Shown here one piece after another: positions 14,646 through 30,227 of a stretch of 64,000 bases of DNA. The notes beneath the pieces were generated by a model that was given only the letters and a program-made list of their open reading frames with translations, searched no databases and was not told the origin of the DNA. The DNA is taken from assembly GCF_009914755.1 (NCBI RefSeq), contig NC_060928.1. One strand, 5' to 3'. A program made the position numbers and the translations under genes. Origin of the DNA: the human T2T-CHM13v2.0 reference genome, Homo sapiens. Positions within the stretch are counted from its first letter, which is position 1. The number at the start of each line of letters is the position of its first letter.

Positions 14646-15967
14646 TGAATCCCCTAGTTTCCTTGTCTGAGTAGGTTCAGTAAAACCGAAAACAGAAAAT
14701 AGAATCACCAGTAATCTTATTAGCCAATGATAGCAACTATTAACTGTTTGATACATACACTGTAAGATCTTTTAGTCATATATATAAGTAGGTATAAGTA
14801 TGCATTTATATATATGCATATAAACACACATACATATGTGTGTGTGTGTTTTTCTTCAATAAAAATAAAATTGTAGTAAGGACTTTTTATTTAGATAAAT
14901 ATGTCATTTCAATGGCTATGTAATAGTTCAATTTTGGATATACAATAATTTAACCAGTGTCTTATTAATAAGCATTTAGTTATTTCCATTTATTCTCTAT
15001 TATAAACATTGCAATGATGGCAACTATTTTAGAAGTTACAAGAATCTTAAAGTGTGTTTTCTTAAGTAGTTTTCTTTAAATATTTTCTTCTACAAGCTGG
15101 CACTAAGACAAGATAGTTTTGGATTGCCACCAAAGTTGGCAATCATCAATAAGTATCCAAAATATTTTAAACATTTTTCACCTTAATAGATGACACTCTA
15201 ACTTCAATAAAATATGTCATTTCAGTTTCGAGTTCCTTTGTAGCCCACAAAGCCTTCATTCTGATCAAATGGATTCATTTATTTGGAGGGGCCTAGTGCA
15301 TTGCTGCCTTCCTATGGTAGCACTTGCTGCTTTTCCTGGCTAAAGAAGCTGGAAATCACTCCTCTTTCTCACCACTGATCACATGTAATACAGAATTAAA
15401 CGTTCAGCTCAAATCCTACTTGATCTATAATCTCTTCATGACCTCTCAGCATGAAGTGATTTGTCCTCTCATTGAAGTCCTTTACCACATATTTGTATCA
15501 CTTTTGACAATTAAATATATACTGTCTTGTAACTTGCACTTTTGTGTTTTCAGATGTTTCAAATTTGCTTATTATTTCCCCTTTCTATAACTATAGAGCG
15601 TACTAAGAGGCTGTTGAAGGAAGAGATCAGTCTCACTGTCTTCGTAGCACTGTACCTTACACACAGGAGGAGCCTGGTAAATATTTTTGATTTACTACAA
15701 TTACAGTAAATCACAGCCTTGTATTAGTAAAATTCTTGTTCAGTTCAATGCCTCTGCATATATAAGCACATAAAAAGAACTACTTTTAAAAAATCACTTT
15801 TATCAAGATATTAACATAAAACATTTGTTGCTGACTATAGAGTGGCATTGTTGTAACTGAACTATGTAATATTTAAATCAAAATTATATATTTAAGATTA
15901 TTTTCTATGTTTTTACAACCTTTAAATTATCAATTAAAATTGTTTGCATAAAGGTTGAATTACTTAC

Positions 15968-16024
15968 CTTGCAAAACCTTAAGTGGAAGCACAGAAATAA
16001 CAGGAAAACATGAAGAAGCTTCAT
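15968..16024 (-). CDS. CFI: complement factor I, coding exon 1 (signal peptide [19 protein letters not shown]); intron 1 extends beyond the left edge
   Basis: Minus-strand ATG at 16024, 19 codons matching the CFI leader, followed by GTAAGTA donor (15967-15961); not in the ORF track because it is too short. Confidence 0.95.
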
Positions 16025-16129
16025 GTTGGAGGTGTTCGGGGTCTTTGTCTCTGCTGAGAACTCTTTTCCACTCCAGGTATTCTTTTGAAATTTAATTTTT
16101 AACCTCTGAAAAAATGTTTCAAAAGAACA

Positions 16130-16335
16130 AACCTCCTAAAGAGCTTTGTACTTTTGAACTCTGAAAGAATTTGGCTGAAATCCAGAGAGATTTACCGTAA
16201 CTGAAACCAAAAAATGGCCTTCCCATTAAAGAGCTGAGGGAGGTGACCAATAGGAACTTGTTTCCACCAGAAGAGACTGATTTCCTCCCACCCTGTTAAT
16301 TGCAATGACTCAATTCTGTATTCCAGGGAAGACAG
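16130..16335 (-). promoter_or_regulatory. CFI proximal promoter with hepatic/acute-phase-type motifs
   Basis: HNF4-like AGTTCAAAAGTACAAAGCTC (16141-16160, minus); overlapping GTTAAT / ATTGCAAT (C/EBP-like) / TGACTCA (AP-1) at 16295-16312; TTCCAGGGAA STAT-like at 16321-16330. Confidence 0.5.
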
Positions 16336-16624
16336 AAATTATATTGGAAGCAATTTTTTGGTTTTTTTTTTGTACAGTAAAAATATAATTTTTTAAACTT
16401 AAGGTTGAAGACTAGGAGACAGTAAGAATAAAAGTAGACCATATAGTGAAGGCTGCAAAATACATTTAAAACTCTAGAAACCAGCTTCTTTACCATGCAT
16501 TTGTTGTGCTGTGATCAAATTGTATTTTTGGAGTACAAGAAATTTTAAAAACAAGTATTCTTGTGCCAGTACCAACTATCATGCAGGGTTTATCTATTTA
16601 TGAAATAAATCTGTGATAGCAGAA

Positions 16625-17030
16625 ATGCTGACACAGTTGGGTTCATCAGAAGCAGACTTGAGACAGTGAGTGTGGGGCACAAGTGTTTGTTAGGGATCGA
16701 TATCCATACAAGGAAGGGAGGGGAAGCAGGGGTGAACAGAGGTAGAAGTTGAACTGGAGTGAGTGTGACCTGTCACAGTGCCCCTGATTTCAGTATAAAT
16801 GGCTGGGCCATTATATTCTGCCTTGCTTGGTCCCCTACTATATATTGCCCAGGAAGGGCATACACTTAGGTGAGACAGTTTTCTGTAGCTAAGGCAGACA
16901 CAGAAGGATCTGACAGTTATGTGCTATCAGGAGGAGGTATCTTCTGACTACACTCTTTACAGCCAGGTAGCAAGACCTTCCTTGACAAGGGTTCTGGGAA
17001 ACTCATCTCTGTGTCTTTCAGAGTACATAC
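16625..17030 (-). mobile_element. ERVL-class LTR
   Basis: GTTGGGTTC..GAAGCAGAC..GAGAC..GGAAGGGAGGGGAAGCAGG pattern adjacent to ERVL internal sequence; subfamily not assigned. Confidence 0.55.
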
Positions 17031-17371
17031 TTGCACCTCTTAGATCTATGTTCCATATACACTCCAGGAGTGGCTCCTTAAACATTTCAGTGGGTCCCTA
17101 TTCTTGAGAGAAAACTTAGAAGAGGAAGTTAATGGGAAAAACTACAGCTCCTACCCTTGCAGTTGATCTTGGGGCTGTAGTTGAAACTTACCCTTGGCCC
17201 CCTTCCTATCCATTTTAGATTCCCTTTACCTTGACCTCCCACCTCTGCTGGTCTCGGTGACTTACTGGATGACATGTCCCACACTCTCTTTCAGGAGTGG
17301 TCTGAGCCCCTGGTTACCTTTTGTTTCTCAGGCAAAAGTTGCCATTTTTATCCCTACTGTCACAAGAGGCA

Positions 17372-17580
17372 GGCTGGACATGGTGGCTCACTCCTGTAAT
17401 CCCAGCACTTTGGGAGGTCAAGGCAGGAGGATTGCTTGAGGCCAGGAGTTTGAGATGAGCCTGGGCAACACAGGGAGAGGTTGAGGCTGCAGTTAGCCAT
17501 GATTGCACCACTGCACTCTAGCCTAAGTGACAAAGAGAGACCCTCTCTTAAAAAAGAAACCAAAAAAAGCAAAAAATAAG
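17372..17580 (+). mobile_element. Alu (internally deleted, AluJ-like)
   Basis: Alu 5' and 3' motifs joined, A-rich tail. Confidence 0.85.
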
Positions 17581-18727
17581 AGGTACCCCAGTAGGTTATG
17601 TGGGTTCTACACATCTTCCTCCCTGCCCACATTATAGTAATAGCAGCCCTACTTCCTCGGAATGATCAGGGCCAATTACCCTTGTGGATTCTGACTCTTT
17701 CTTGCTAGTTCCTAGACACAAAGAGCCCAGCGTACCCCAGGCAACAGCTCTGGTTTATAATTCCATGGGACTCTTGCTTGCCCCTGGTGAAAGTATAGTC
17801 CTTTGGAGACCAAGATAACGAACCCTGCAGAGTCTACAACTGTGGAGACAAGATGCACAAAGCCCCCAGTTGGTCAATGGTGGTGATGGTAAGTGTGGTA
17901 ATTCTTGCCTTTATTCCTTGGTTCCCAGACCCAGGTATTCTTCCTATTGGGAACATAATGCTATATGAAAGTCTTTGATTGAATGTATATACTGCTTCCT
18001 GGAGGATAGCACCCCATTCTCACAAAGTTTTGCATTTAACTGGCACCTCAGCTCTGTCCTCAGCAGCCCATTATAACATTCTGTAAGTCCACCAGCTTCT
18101 GAGTGGTGTGGTATGTGATATGACCAGGGGATTGCATGATCACAGGCCCACTCCTGGGCCTGCTTTGCTGTAAAGTGGGCACCCTTGTCTGGCAGGATGT
18201 GATCTTTGCTAGATAATTAAGCACTCTATAATTCTCTGGATTATGGTGCTAATGGAGGCCCTGCAGGCAAGAAAGGCACACTCATACCTCAAATATGTCT
18301 ATTCCTGTAAGAATAGACCACTGACCCTCCAAAGAGTGAAAGAATCAGATGTAATTAATTTGCCACTAAGTGACTAGTTGGTCTCCTTGAGGAATTGTGC
18401 CATCTTGTGGGGACAGTATTAGTGTCAGCTGCTGTCAGGTTGGGCATTTGTTAATGATGGGAGCTAGATAAGCCTCGGGGTCTGTGCTATTGGCCTCATG
18501 GGTGGCCTCTATCTCTGTTACCACGGTCACTTCATTCTTGTGCCCATCGTGCCAGCAGTGGGGTGGCTGATGACTGAGACTCAGTCATTTTGGCTCAATC
18601 GTTTTGTTGAGCCAAACTGGTTGAGCCATTTTGTTGGTTATTTAGTGCCTTTTCTTTGGTGGATGCTTTCTAGTAGGCATTAACATGTGATACAAAGATT
18701 TTTTTTCCTTTTTCTTTTTTCTCTGTC

Positions 18728-19027
18728 TTTTTTTTTTTTTTTTTTCTGAGACAGTGTCTCGCTCTGTCACCCAGGTTAGAGTGCAGTGGCGTGATCTCGG
18801 CTCACTGCAAGCTCCGACTCCCGGGTTCATGCCATTCTCCTGCCTCAGCCTCCTGAGTAGCTGGGACTACAGGCGCCCGCCACGACGCCCGGCTAATGTT
18901 TTGTATTTTTAGTAGAGATGAGGTTTCACTGTGTTAGCCAGGATGGTCTTGATCTCCTGACCTTGTGATCTACCTGCCTCGGCCTCCCAAAGTGCTGGGG
19001 TTACAGGCGTGAGCCACCGTGCCTGGC
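18728..19027 (-). mobile_element. Alu (AluY-like)
   Basis: GCAAGCTCCG..GGGTTCATGCCATTCTCC, GTGTTAGCCAGGATGG; TSD TGATACAAAGATTT on both sides. Confidence 0.9.
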
Positions 19028-20464
19028 CATGATACAAAGATTTGTATACTTCATGCCCAGTCCTGTATGTACACATATCCATTCTAGATTCTCTTCACTC
19101 CGACCTCCCACCTCTGCTGATCTCAGTGACGTACCTGATGACATGACCCACGGTCTCTTTCAGGAGTGGTCTGAACCCTTGGTTACCATTCACTTCTCAG
19201 GCTAAAGTTGCTGTTTGCCTCCCAGAACTTTTTGCTCTTGATCTTTGAATATTTTTCATTTCAGGAACAAAAGATGATCAGGAAATCACTATTGCCTGTG
19301 ATTCTATATAAGTCTAGCCTCAGGCCACCTCTCTTTCCACACGAAGTGGATGACCAGGTGTACCCCCTGCAGCTCTGCCCTTTGGGAGGACTTTCTCTCA
19401 CCACTGTCTTTCAAAACCACTCCAAAGTGTGGCTGTAAAGCTGCCTCTGTCTATTTTTAACTTGCCTATATACCAAGCCAACCCATCTGTAAACAAAATG
19501 TGACCTTTTCTCTCCTCCTTCAGCTGGTCATACCAAATTCCCCAGGGAGCTATAGGTGTGAGCTGAGGAAGGGCCATGAGTGCAACTGTTTGGATGCTGG
19601 GGACAGGGGCAGTCTGGGCTACCTGCTACCTGTTTATGCACATTGCTCATACCTCTGGTCCTGTTTGTGTTTGGCTCTGGATGTCACACTTCTATCTTAC
19701 AATACATTTTTCCTAGGCCTGCTTGTCCTTATACTTTGCGGGTCCATTTGGATCCAGATCATAATGGGCAGTTCTGGCCGTATGGTGATGTAGTGTCCTG
19801 TGATTCATTATTCTACATTTACCAGGAACCAGTAATATACAAATTGGTCTTTAAAAGACACACAATTCTCTGCTGCAGATGGCATGGCCTTGCTCCAGAA
19901 CCCTGAGGTCCTATATTGTGGTTCTCCCACAGGATCTTCCTCAAACACCACACAGCATTTTTTCCCCCATCACTGAGACTTCTGATGCCATAGAGTCTGC
20001 TGGACCACTGCAGAAGCCATTTCTGCTTTGGCAGCTGGAGCAGTATTCCCTACTGCAGAATATTTGCTCCCAGAGTCCAAAAAGCCTCATCAGATTTTGT
20101 GCTTCCTTCTTTGTTAAAGAAAGTACAAGATACAATAATTTGTCTTTTACATTAAAGAGGATGTGCTAGCACGTTCCTGAACACTGGTTTCCTAAAAATT
20201 TTACCGATGTGCCAGGCTTTATTTCCTACCCTCTGGAGCACATCTGTCTTACCAAAGTATTTAGCATGCTACTTCCTCATCTCCTCTGATCAAGATAATG
20301 CTATCAATGGAAAAACAATGGTGTCTTATGGGAAATCCAGATGCTCCAGATCTCTGCATATTATATTATATCAGAAGGTGGCAGATAAGGCCTGGGAAAA
20401 CTTTAAGTGTATATGTTGCCCATTCCATGTGAATGAGAACTGTTTCTGATCCTTTCGGATTAAA

Positions 20465-20689
20465 ATGCCCCCTCTCTCTTGCTCCTACTCCAGCCATGTA
20501 ATGCACGTGCTTTCCGTTTGCTTTCTGCCATGATTGTAAGTTTCCTGAGGCCTCCCCAGAACCGGAGCAGATGCCAGCATCATGCTTTCTGTACAGCCTG
20601 TGGAACCACGAACCAATTAAACCTCTTTTCTTTATAAATTATCCAGTCTCAGGTATTTCTTTATAGCAGTGCAAGAATGGACCAATACA
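20465..20689 (+). mobile_element. MST-type MaLR LTR (3' part)
   Basis: CCATGATTGTAAGTTTCCTGAGGCCTCCCCAG..AATTAAACCTCTTTTCTTTATAAATT..AATACA. Confidence 0.85.
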
Positions 20690-21454
20690 GTAGTTAACAA
20701 AAAGAAAATGTAAAGTGCTCATGAGGACTGAAATTTTATTCAGTTTAAGTCTCTTTCCTCCTATGATCTCAATGAAAATAAATATAAAAATAAAAGTAAT
20801 TCCATTGCACCATTGAAAAATGAAGAAGGATTCATTAATAGGACATAAACAGTGAGGAATTACTAGAATACATATAATAGACAGGAAAAGATTAACTGCA
20901 AAACTTAAAGGAGTTTAAGAAGTGTCAAATTCATATAGGTGACAACGAGATATCCAAAATAAGAAAGACCATAGAATAAATAGAAACAGTAGAATCTGAG
21001 ATAAGTGATAGACTAAGTAATTAATAAATAAAGGGAAGAACATTTGAGCCAGTGCCCCACTCGGGGGTAACTTGAGCATTTACTCCAGGCTAAAGCCTAC
21101 AGTAAGGCTCTCTATAGCACATGTTCTAACCCAGAACCCCTTGAGTGGACACTGAGGCAGAAGCAGAGAAGCATTCTAGATGACACCAGCCTCCATGAAG
21201 TTAAGGGAGTCTCTGAACTTAAGAGGCAAGCCATAGGCAAACCCCTGAGGCCTCATATCCCACCCTTCTCCTGCAGTCATTGAAGGCAGAGCTCTATAAT
21301 CAGAATCTACAAAAGCAGAAGTACAGCACAATAAAAAGACCAACCTCACTTATGAATATAGATGCATAAACTCTAAACAAAATATTAGCAAACTGATACA
21401 AAATCTTGAGTAGTATTCAGTAATCTTACCATTAATAATAATACTTACTTGACA

Positions 21455-21456
<2 letters not shown>

Positions 21457-21508
<52 letters not shown>
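21457..21508. repeat. (AT)n microsatellite, ~26 units
   Basis: Uninterrupted ATAT run. Confidence 0.95.
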
Positions 21509-23668
<2,160 letters not shown>

Positions 23669-23755
23669 TCAGCTAAGTACTTTTAAAATTTTGTTCTAAT
23701 ATAAAAAATTTCAGCCCTATTCCTAGCTACCAGCCCTCTTCTCTGTCATTAGCAA

Positions 23756-24132
23756 TACAGTCTCCCAACTTACAATGGTTACACTGAATAATTTTTCTAC
23801 TTTACAATGGTGTGAAAGCAATAAGCATTCAGCAAAACCTGTATTTCAAATTTTAAACTTTGATCTTCTCCCTGGCTAGTGATATGCGTGCAATATTCTC
23901 TTATGATGCTGGACAGCAGCAGCAAATGAGACTCTCCAGTGTGCTGTGCTGCCAGATGGTTTTGCCCAACTGTAGGCTAATGTAAGTGTTCTAAGCACCT
24001 TCAAGGTAGGCTAGGCCATGCTATGATGTTCAGTATGTTACATATATGAAATGTATTTTCCACTCAGATATTTTCAACTCATGATGGGTTTATTGGGATA
24101 TAACCCCATCGTTAAGTTGAGGAACATCTGTA
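23756..24132 (-). mobile_element. MER82-like TcMar-Tigger MITE
   Basis: TIR-like ends TACAG..CAACTTACAATGG / CCATCGTTAAGTTGAGGAACATCTGTA; internal GCCCAACTGTAGGCTAATGTAAGTGTTCT. Confidence 0.75.
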
Positions 24133-25004
24133 TCTCCTTACTGGTATTTTAATTAGATGTCCTAACCTTCCAGTGAAACAACTGGATGGACACCTTCTTA
24201 GATCTTGAATACCACAACTAGACTGTGCTTAATATACTTTCTCTACCCCCATCTCTTTCATATTTTCTTTGTCTCTTTGACCATCATTCTATGATCATTT
24301 GTTGATAAGTAGGTTCTCAAGGCATGAGCAGAAATTCAAAGCACAGAGGAATTCAGTTCCATTTAACAAATATTTATTGGGCATCAGCATCAATTTTATT
24401 CCAGGCACTGTACTAAGTGCTGAGGGTACCAAAACAAAGAAGATGTAGTTGTCATTCTTCAGGAGCTTATACTCTAGCGTGAGTTTCTGCAGATGTCATT
24501 AGGGGTCTAGGAGCGGTTACTAGGGATTCCAGAAGAGATTGGAATTTTTTTTTTTTTTTGGCATTCTTTTGAACTTCTTTCTCCATGTAATGCCAACACT
24601 TGTAGTAAATGACTAGTGATCAAACAACTCTGTTAGGAATTTCGCTAGAGGTCATTCACAAACATGACAGTGCTCCACACAACTATGTTCATTTCATTGA
24701 GTCCATTCTCAGCTTTTGATGCAAACAGGGGGTGCTGTTGATGATTGGTGGGTGCTGAATTAAGGAGGGACAACAGGTTGAGGGAGAGGGAGAGACAATA
24801 GGTTGATGACATCAGCCTCTCCTTCCTGATTTACATTTCCTAATCTCCCCTGGCCTCCCTTTATTCACAGTCAACTGACAGGTAACGAGCTCTCCTGATG
24901 TAATAGACAATCAAAGACAACATTTTAAGGAAGCAATTTTAATGCCCCATAACTCAAATGCCTCCCTGTTGCTTTGCTAATGTTGTAAACGTTGTAAAAC
25001 ACGG

Positions 25005-25435
25005 TGTCACGCTCGTCCGTGTTCATGTGAAGAGTCCACCAACAGGCTTTGTGTGAGCAACAAGGCTGTTTATTTCATGTGGGAGCAAGTGGGCTGAGTC
25101 TGAAAAGAGTCGGCAAAGGGAGGTGGGGTGGGGCAGTTTTATAGGACTGGGATAAGCAGTGGAAAGTTACAGTTAAAGGTGGCTATCTATTGTCAGCAGA
25201 GGAGGGGGTCACAAGGTGCATGGTGGGGAGATCATAAGACCCATGGTCCAGAAGAAGAATGTCACGAGGTCGATCAATCAATCAGTTGGGCAGGGAAGGA
25301 ACAGGTCATAATGGAATGTCTTAAGGTTGGTCAATCAGTTAAGACAGGAGCAGGCTGTTTCTCTTCCTTTGTAGTTTTCAGTTGACTCAGGCCATCTGGA
25401 TGTATACACGCAGGCTTGGGCTCAGAGGCCTGACA
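25005..25435 (-). mobile_element. solo HERV-H LTR (LTR7 family, LTR7C-like)
   Basis: Minus strand starts TGTCAGGCCTCTGAGCCCAAGCC and ends GTGACA; TATA (CTATAAAA) and AATAAA present; 5-bp TSD CACGG/CATGG. Confidence 0.9.
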
Positions 25436-26489
25436 CATGGAGCTTGCAGGTTAAAAGTGAATTGCATTTGAAGATATCATTTTTTAAAAAAATTTCCTTG
25501 TTTAGTTTGCTTGTTTTATACTTGATTAGCATCTGTGTTTTACAAACATGACTTATAGTCCAATGTGGTGATTTTTGAAGATGAACTGGGAGATGGAAGA
25601 GAATTCTAAGTCTTAATAATTCTGATAAAGTTAGTAATGAAGAATCACAACTTATAAATGAAGCAATGGCTCCAGCAAAATTGAAAAGACACTTAACTGC
25701 AAACCATAGTAAAGGAGCAGATAATTTTATATGGCCTTTGGAAACCCAGAGTAAAGAATGTATTTATTTTTTTAAGTCACCTTCAGTAAAAAGGCCCAGA
25801 AAGCAAGTTATTTAGCAGAAGAACCTTTTGACTAGAAAAGGAAAGAGCCCCACAATTGATGGGACCTCACAATTTCAGCATGTATAATTACAGAGAGTCA
25901 GACGCCAGCATATGATGTAATGAGAAACTAAAACGGTTTCACTTTCAAAGTTTGATAAATTGATGTGATTGATGACATGTCACATAATGCTGCATAGCAT
26001 CAAAAGAACCTAACAACTTCTCATCCAGGTTGATGAATCATCAGATTTCAACAACAAATGTCATAAAGTAGCATTTGCAAGATTTATAAATTACGGCAAA
26101 ATTCAAGAAAATTTTTCTTCTATTAAACACTGCTGCAAAGAAGCAAAGGTAAAGATATATTTACTGTCTTCATATTGGAAAAAGAAGGTACCTCTTGGAA
26201 GAACTGTGTCAGTATCTATTTATGGTACCCTATCAACGATTGGTTCCCTCAGAGATTTCAATTCTCATTAAAATCCTGACATATTCACAACTCATTGCTT
26301 TCTTCCCAGAGAGTGCTGATGTCAGAAAGTTTTGGAGCAGAAATGAAAAAAGTTCTAGATGATGCTATGAAGATGACTTATCAAACATAATGCAATTCAC
26401 TTCTAAAAATTTTTTTTTTTAAACTATGTGAAAACCTGGACAAGGCCCATATAAATCTCCTTCCACATGCGTAAATCTTATGGCTTAGC

Positions 26490-26790
26490 AGATCATTTTG
26501 GGGGAATCCAGCTGGCATGTCATGTCAGTACTCAAGCACCCTGTAAAGAGGTCTGTATGGCAAGGAACTGGGGCTGGCAGTAGGCAGCATCAGCTTGCTA
26601 GGCATGTCAGTGAGCTCCCTCAGAAAAGGATCCTCCAGCCCTAGTCAAGTCTTCAGTGGACTGCAGCCCCAGGTGATACCTTGACTGCAACCTTATGAGA
26701 GACCCTGGGTCAAAATCATCCAGCTAAGCTGCTCCTTAATTTCTGACCTACAGAAATTACACAAAATAATGTTTATTGACACTACGGATT
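26490..26790 (+). mobile_element. MLT1E/F-type LTR fragment
   Basis: GACTGCAGCCCC..CCTTGACTGCAACCTTATGAGAGACCCTG..CAGCTAAGCTGCTCC. Confidence 0.7.
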
Positions 26791-26934
26791 GGAGTGAGAG
26801 AAGGTAATACAGATTCTGCTCCTTAACAGGACGCTTGACCTAGAAAGTGAATCACAGAAATACATTCAAGAAAACAGTAGCCCAGATTTTACCAAATTCT
26901 TTGAAGATAAAGAATGGCTGTGGAAACCAGCATT

Positions 26935-27344
26935 TTTGTTTTTTTTTGCATTGCTGTAAAGAAATGCCCAAGGCTAGGTAATTTATAAAGAAAGAGGTTT
27001 AATTGGCTTATGGTTCTGGAGGCTTTACAGGAAGCATGGTGCTGGCATCAGTTTCTGGTGAGGTCTCTAGAAGCTTACAATCATGGCGGAAGGTGATGGG
27101 GAGCCAGCATGTCACATGGCAAGAGTGGGAGCAAGAGAGAAATAGAAGAGGTCACAGACTCTTAAAACAACCACATCTCAAGTGAACTGAGTGAAAACTC
27201 ACTTATCACCAAGGGGATGGTGCTAAGCCATTCATGAGAATTCTGCCCCCATGATCCAATCACCTCCCATGAGGTCCCATCTACGACACTGGGAATCAAA
27301 TTTCAGCATGAGATTTGGAGGGAACAAACATCCAAACCATATCA
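26935..27344 (-). mobile_element. MSTA-like LTR
   Basis: GCATTGCTGTAAAGAAAT..TAATTTATAAAGAAAGAGGTTTAATTGG..CCAAACCATATCA. Confidence 0.85.
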
Positions 27345-27711
27345 CCTACTTAACAGACATTTTCATCACATGAACTAGTTGAACAAGGATCTTCAGGCCC
27401 TGGAGAAAATCGTTTTACTTCGAGTGACAAGATTTTTGGGTTTAAATAAATATTGAATCTTTGGAAAAGTTATATTGCAAAAAGGGATCTTGAAATGTTT
27501 CCACTGCTGCTTGGACTTTAGAATAAGGAAGTCTCAAGTCTTACCGAAAACCACCGTGGGGAATTGCAGAACAAAACCGAACAATATTTTCCTTCCCCTG
27601 GAACACAACTGTATAACTACGTGAGGAACCCTTTCCTTGAATCTTCTCAGCCTGAGCACCTGGCTTTGAGAAAAGAGGAAGAACTTTGTGAATGTATGAC
27701 TGTAGATATAA

Positions 27712-28173
<462 letters not shown>

Positions 28174-28367
28174 TAAGAGTAAAGACAAAAATCATCTCAT
28201 TTCAGTTGAAAATGCAATCTGTGTGTGACAATCTCAAGTTCAATTCAGAATTGAGCAAATACACAGCAAAAGATAAGCAAAGGTTTCATACTAAATAGGT
28301 AATTTTCATTTTTTGTTTCAAAAATAATACACTTATATAGGCCCATAAAAAGACCAACATTCGTTAA

Positions 28368-28746
<379 letters not shown>

Positions 28747-29814
28747 TAAAATCCCATTTACAATAACCCTCTGAATTAGATAGGTACCAAGTTCCACCCT
28801 CTTCTAAACACGAGATCAAATATCAAGGTAAGGTCTCAGAGGGTTTGGGTGTAAAAGACTCCAACCAAATTTAATAAATGGGAAGTCATTACCTTTATTT
28901 GTGAGAGAAGCTTTGGAGAATGTGGGGGAAGCTGATGTCAAATATAAAGGGCTTAAAGAGAGAAGAGGGAGAGGAGCTTTCAGCACAGTCCAGTTCACAG
29001 CCCGTCGGTGCTCAAAACATACTTGAATACCTGGTACAAAAGATAAAAATGATGGTTTGGTTTTCTATAAGACAGCATAGTTTCTTTAAAATTACACACA
29101 CACATGCATTGCTTTTCTTCCTTTAATTAGTTGAGACCATAGGACAAAAGAAGAGGCATAGTTGAGCGCGTAATGGTGCGAAAATCAAAAGGTTGGGAAG
29201 AAACAAGAAACTCAGATAAACGCTTCCGTCGGCTGTGACAGGTTCTGAGGCGCCCAGATCTACTGGACATAGCGCGGCTCAGAAGCCTCAGAGACCTGTC
29301 CGCACAGTTCCTGAAGTTAGCAACAAATTAGTGAGTGCTGTTGCGGGCCATTTTGCAGCCAGAGAAGCAAATGCGCAAATGCGCCCAGCCAGTCAGCACG
29401 GACTTCAAGAACCAACTTCATTCCTTGCAAGGTGCTTTAGTTCTGGCCGTTAGGGCGGCAACCAAACAGAAACCTGCCCCGCCTCTGGGAGAGAAGGCGG
29501 ATCCCTAACGCCAGCTATCTCCAAGAGCAACATTGCCGCAGCACTTCCGGGACGTCGTGCTGCAAAGGACGCCGCTGTTATACGTCACTTCCACGGCTCA
29601 GCGTCAGGCAAGTTGGCCTCTCTGTTGTAAATTAGTGGTTAAGGTTATCTATTATTGCCACTTTTCCAGCGCTAAAGGCTGTTTTGGAACCAGTGTTGCT
29701 TGTTCCGCGGGTGATTGGCTTTTTTTTTTTGGCAAACCAGTTATTCAAGTTTCTGGTCTTTAAAAAACTCTGTGGCGGTACGGTAACCGAGGAGGTTCCA
29801 GCGCGGCGGAAGTA

Positions 29815-29867
29815 CCCCGCGGGTGGGTGTGTGCGCAAGGCCAGGGCCAGAGGGGCACGTGGCGCCG
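29815..29867 (+). other. GAR1: GAR1 non-coding first exon (5' boundary uncertain)
   Basis: Strong donor CCG|GTGAGT at 29867/29868 in the CpG island upstream of the ATG-containing exon. Confidence 0.6.
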
Positions 29868-30227
29868 GTGAGTGGCCGTAGAAGCCGGAGGATTTGAAAA
29901 TGCTGGACGTGGAACCCAACTGCCGGAGGGAGGGAGGAAGGAAGGGGATGCGGTGCGAAGACCTTGCTGTCTGTAGGGGGAGGAGATACTAATCATGGGG
30001 CGGCAAGGGTGGTGTGTGGTCGGTCGGCGCTCACGAGACCATGGAGAAGTAAACTCTTCACCCATCAGGTTGGTGGTCACTGGCTGTCTGACCGTGGGTG
30101 AGGTGACAGGGCTGCTTTTGTCTCCTTTATGGTGTTCTCACCGCAGCTCCGAGGGGTTGGAGTATACTCAGAGGCTACAGTGATCAGAAGACATAGGTCG
30201 TTTTTTTTTCATCAGGGAGGAGAGAGA

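Larger units (their letters stand above)
17030..20450 (-). mobile_element. ERVL internal (pol remnants: RT/RNase H/integrase)
   Basis: ORF 19941..20135(-) LTKKEAQNLMRLFGLWEQ matches the ERVL RT motif TTKKEAQxLVGLFGFWRQ; degenerate. Confidence 0.75.

Noticed and set aside
14780-14850. Quasi-palindromic (CA)/(TA)/(TG) stretch
   Set aside because: Ordinary alternating purine-pyrimidine low-complexity sequence
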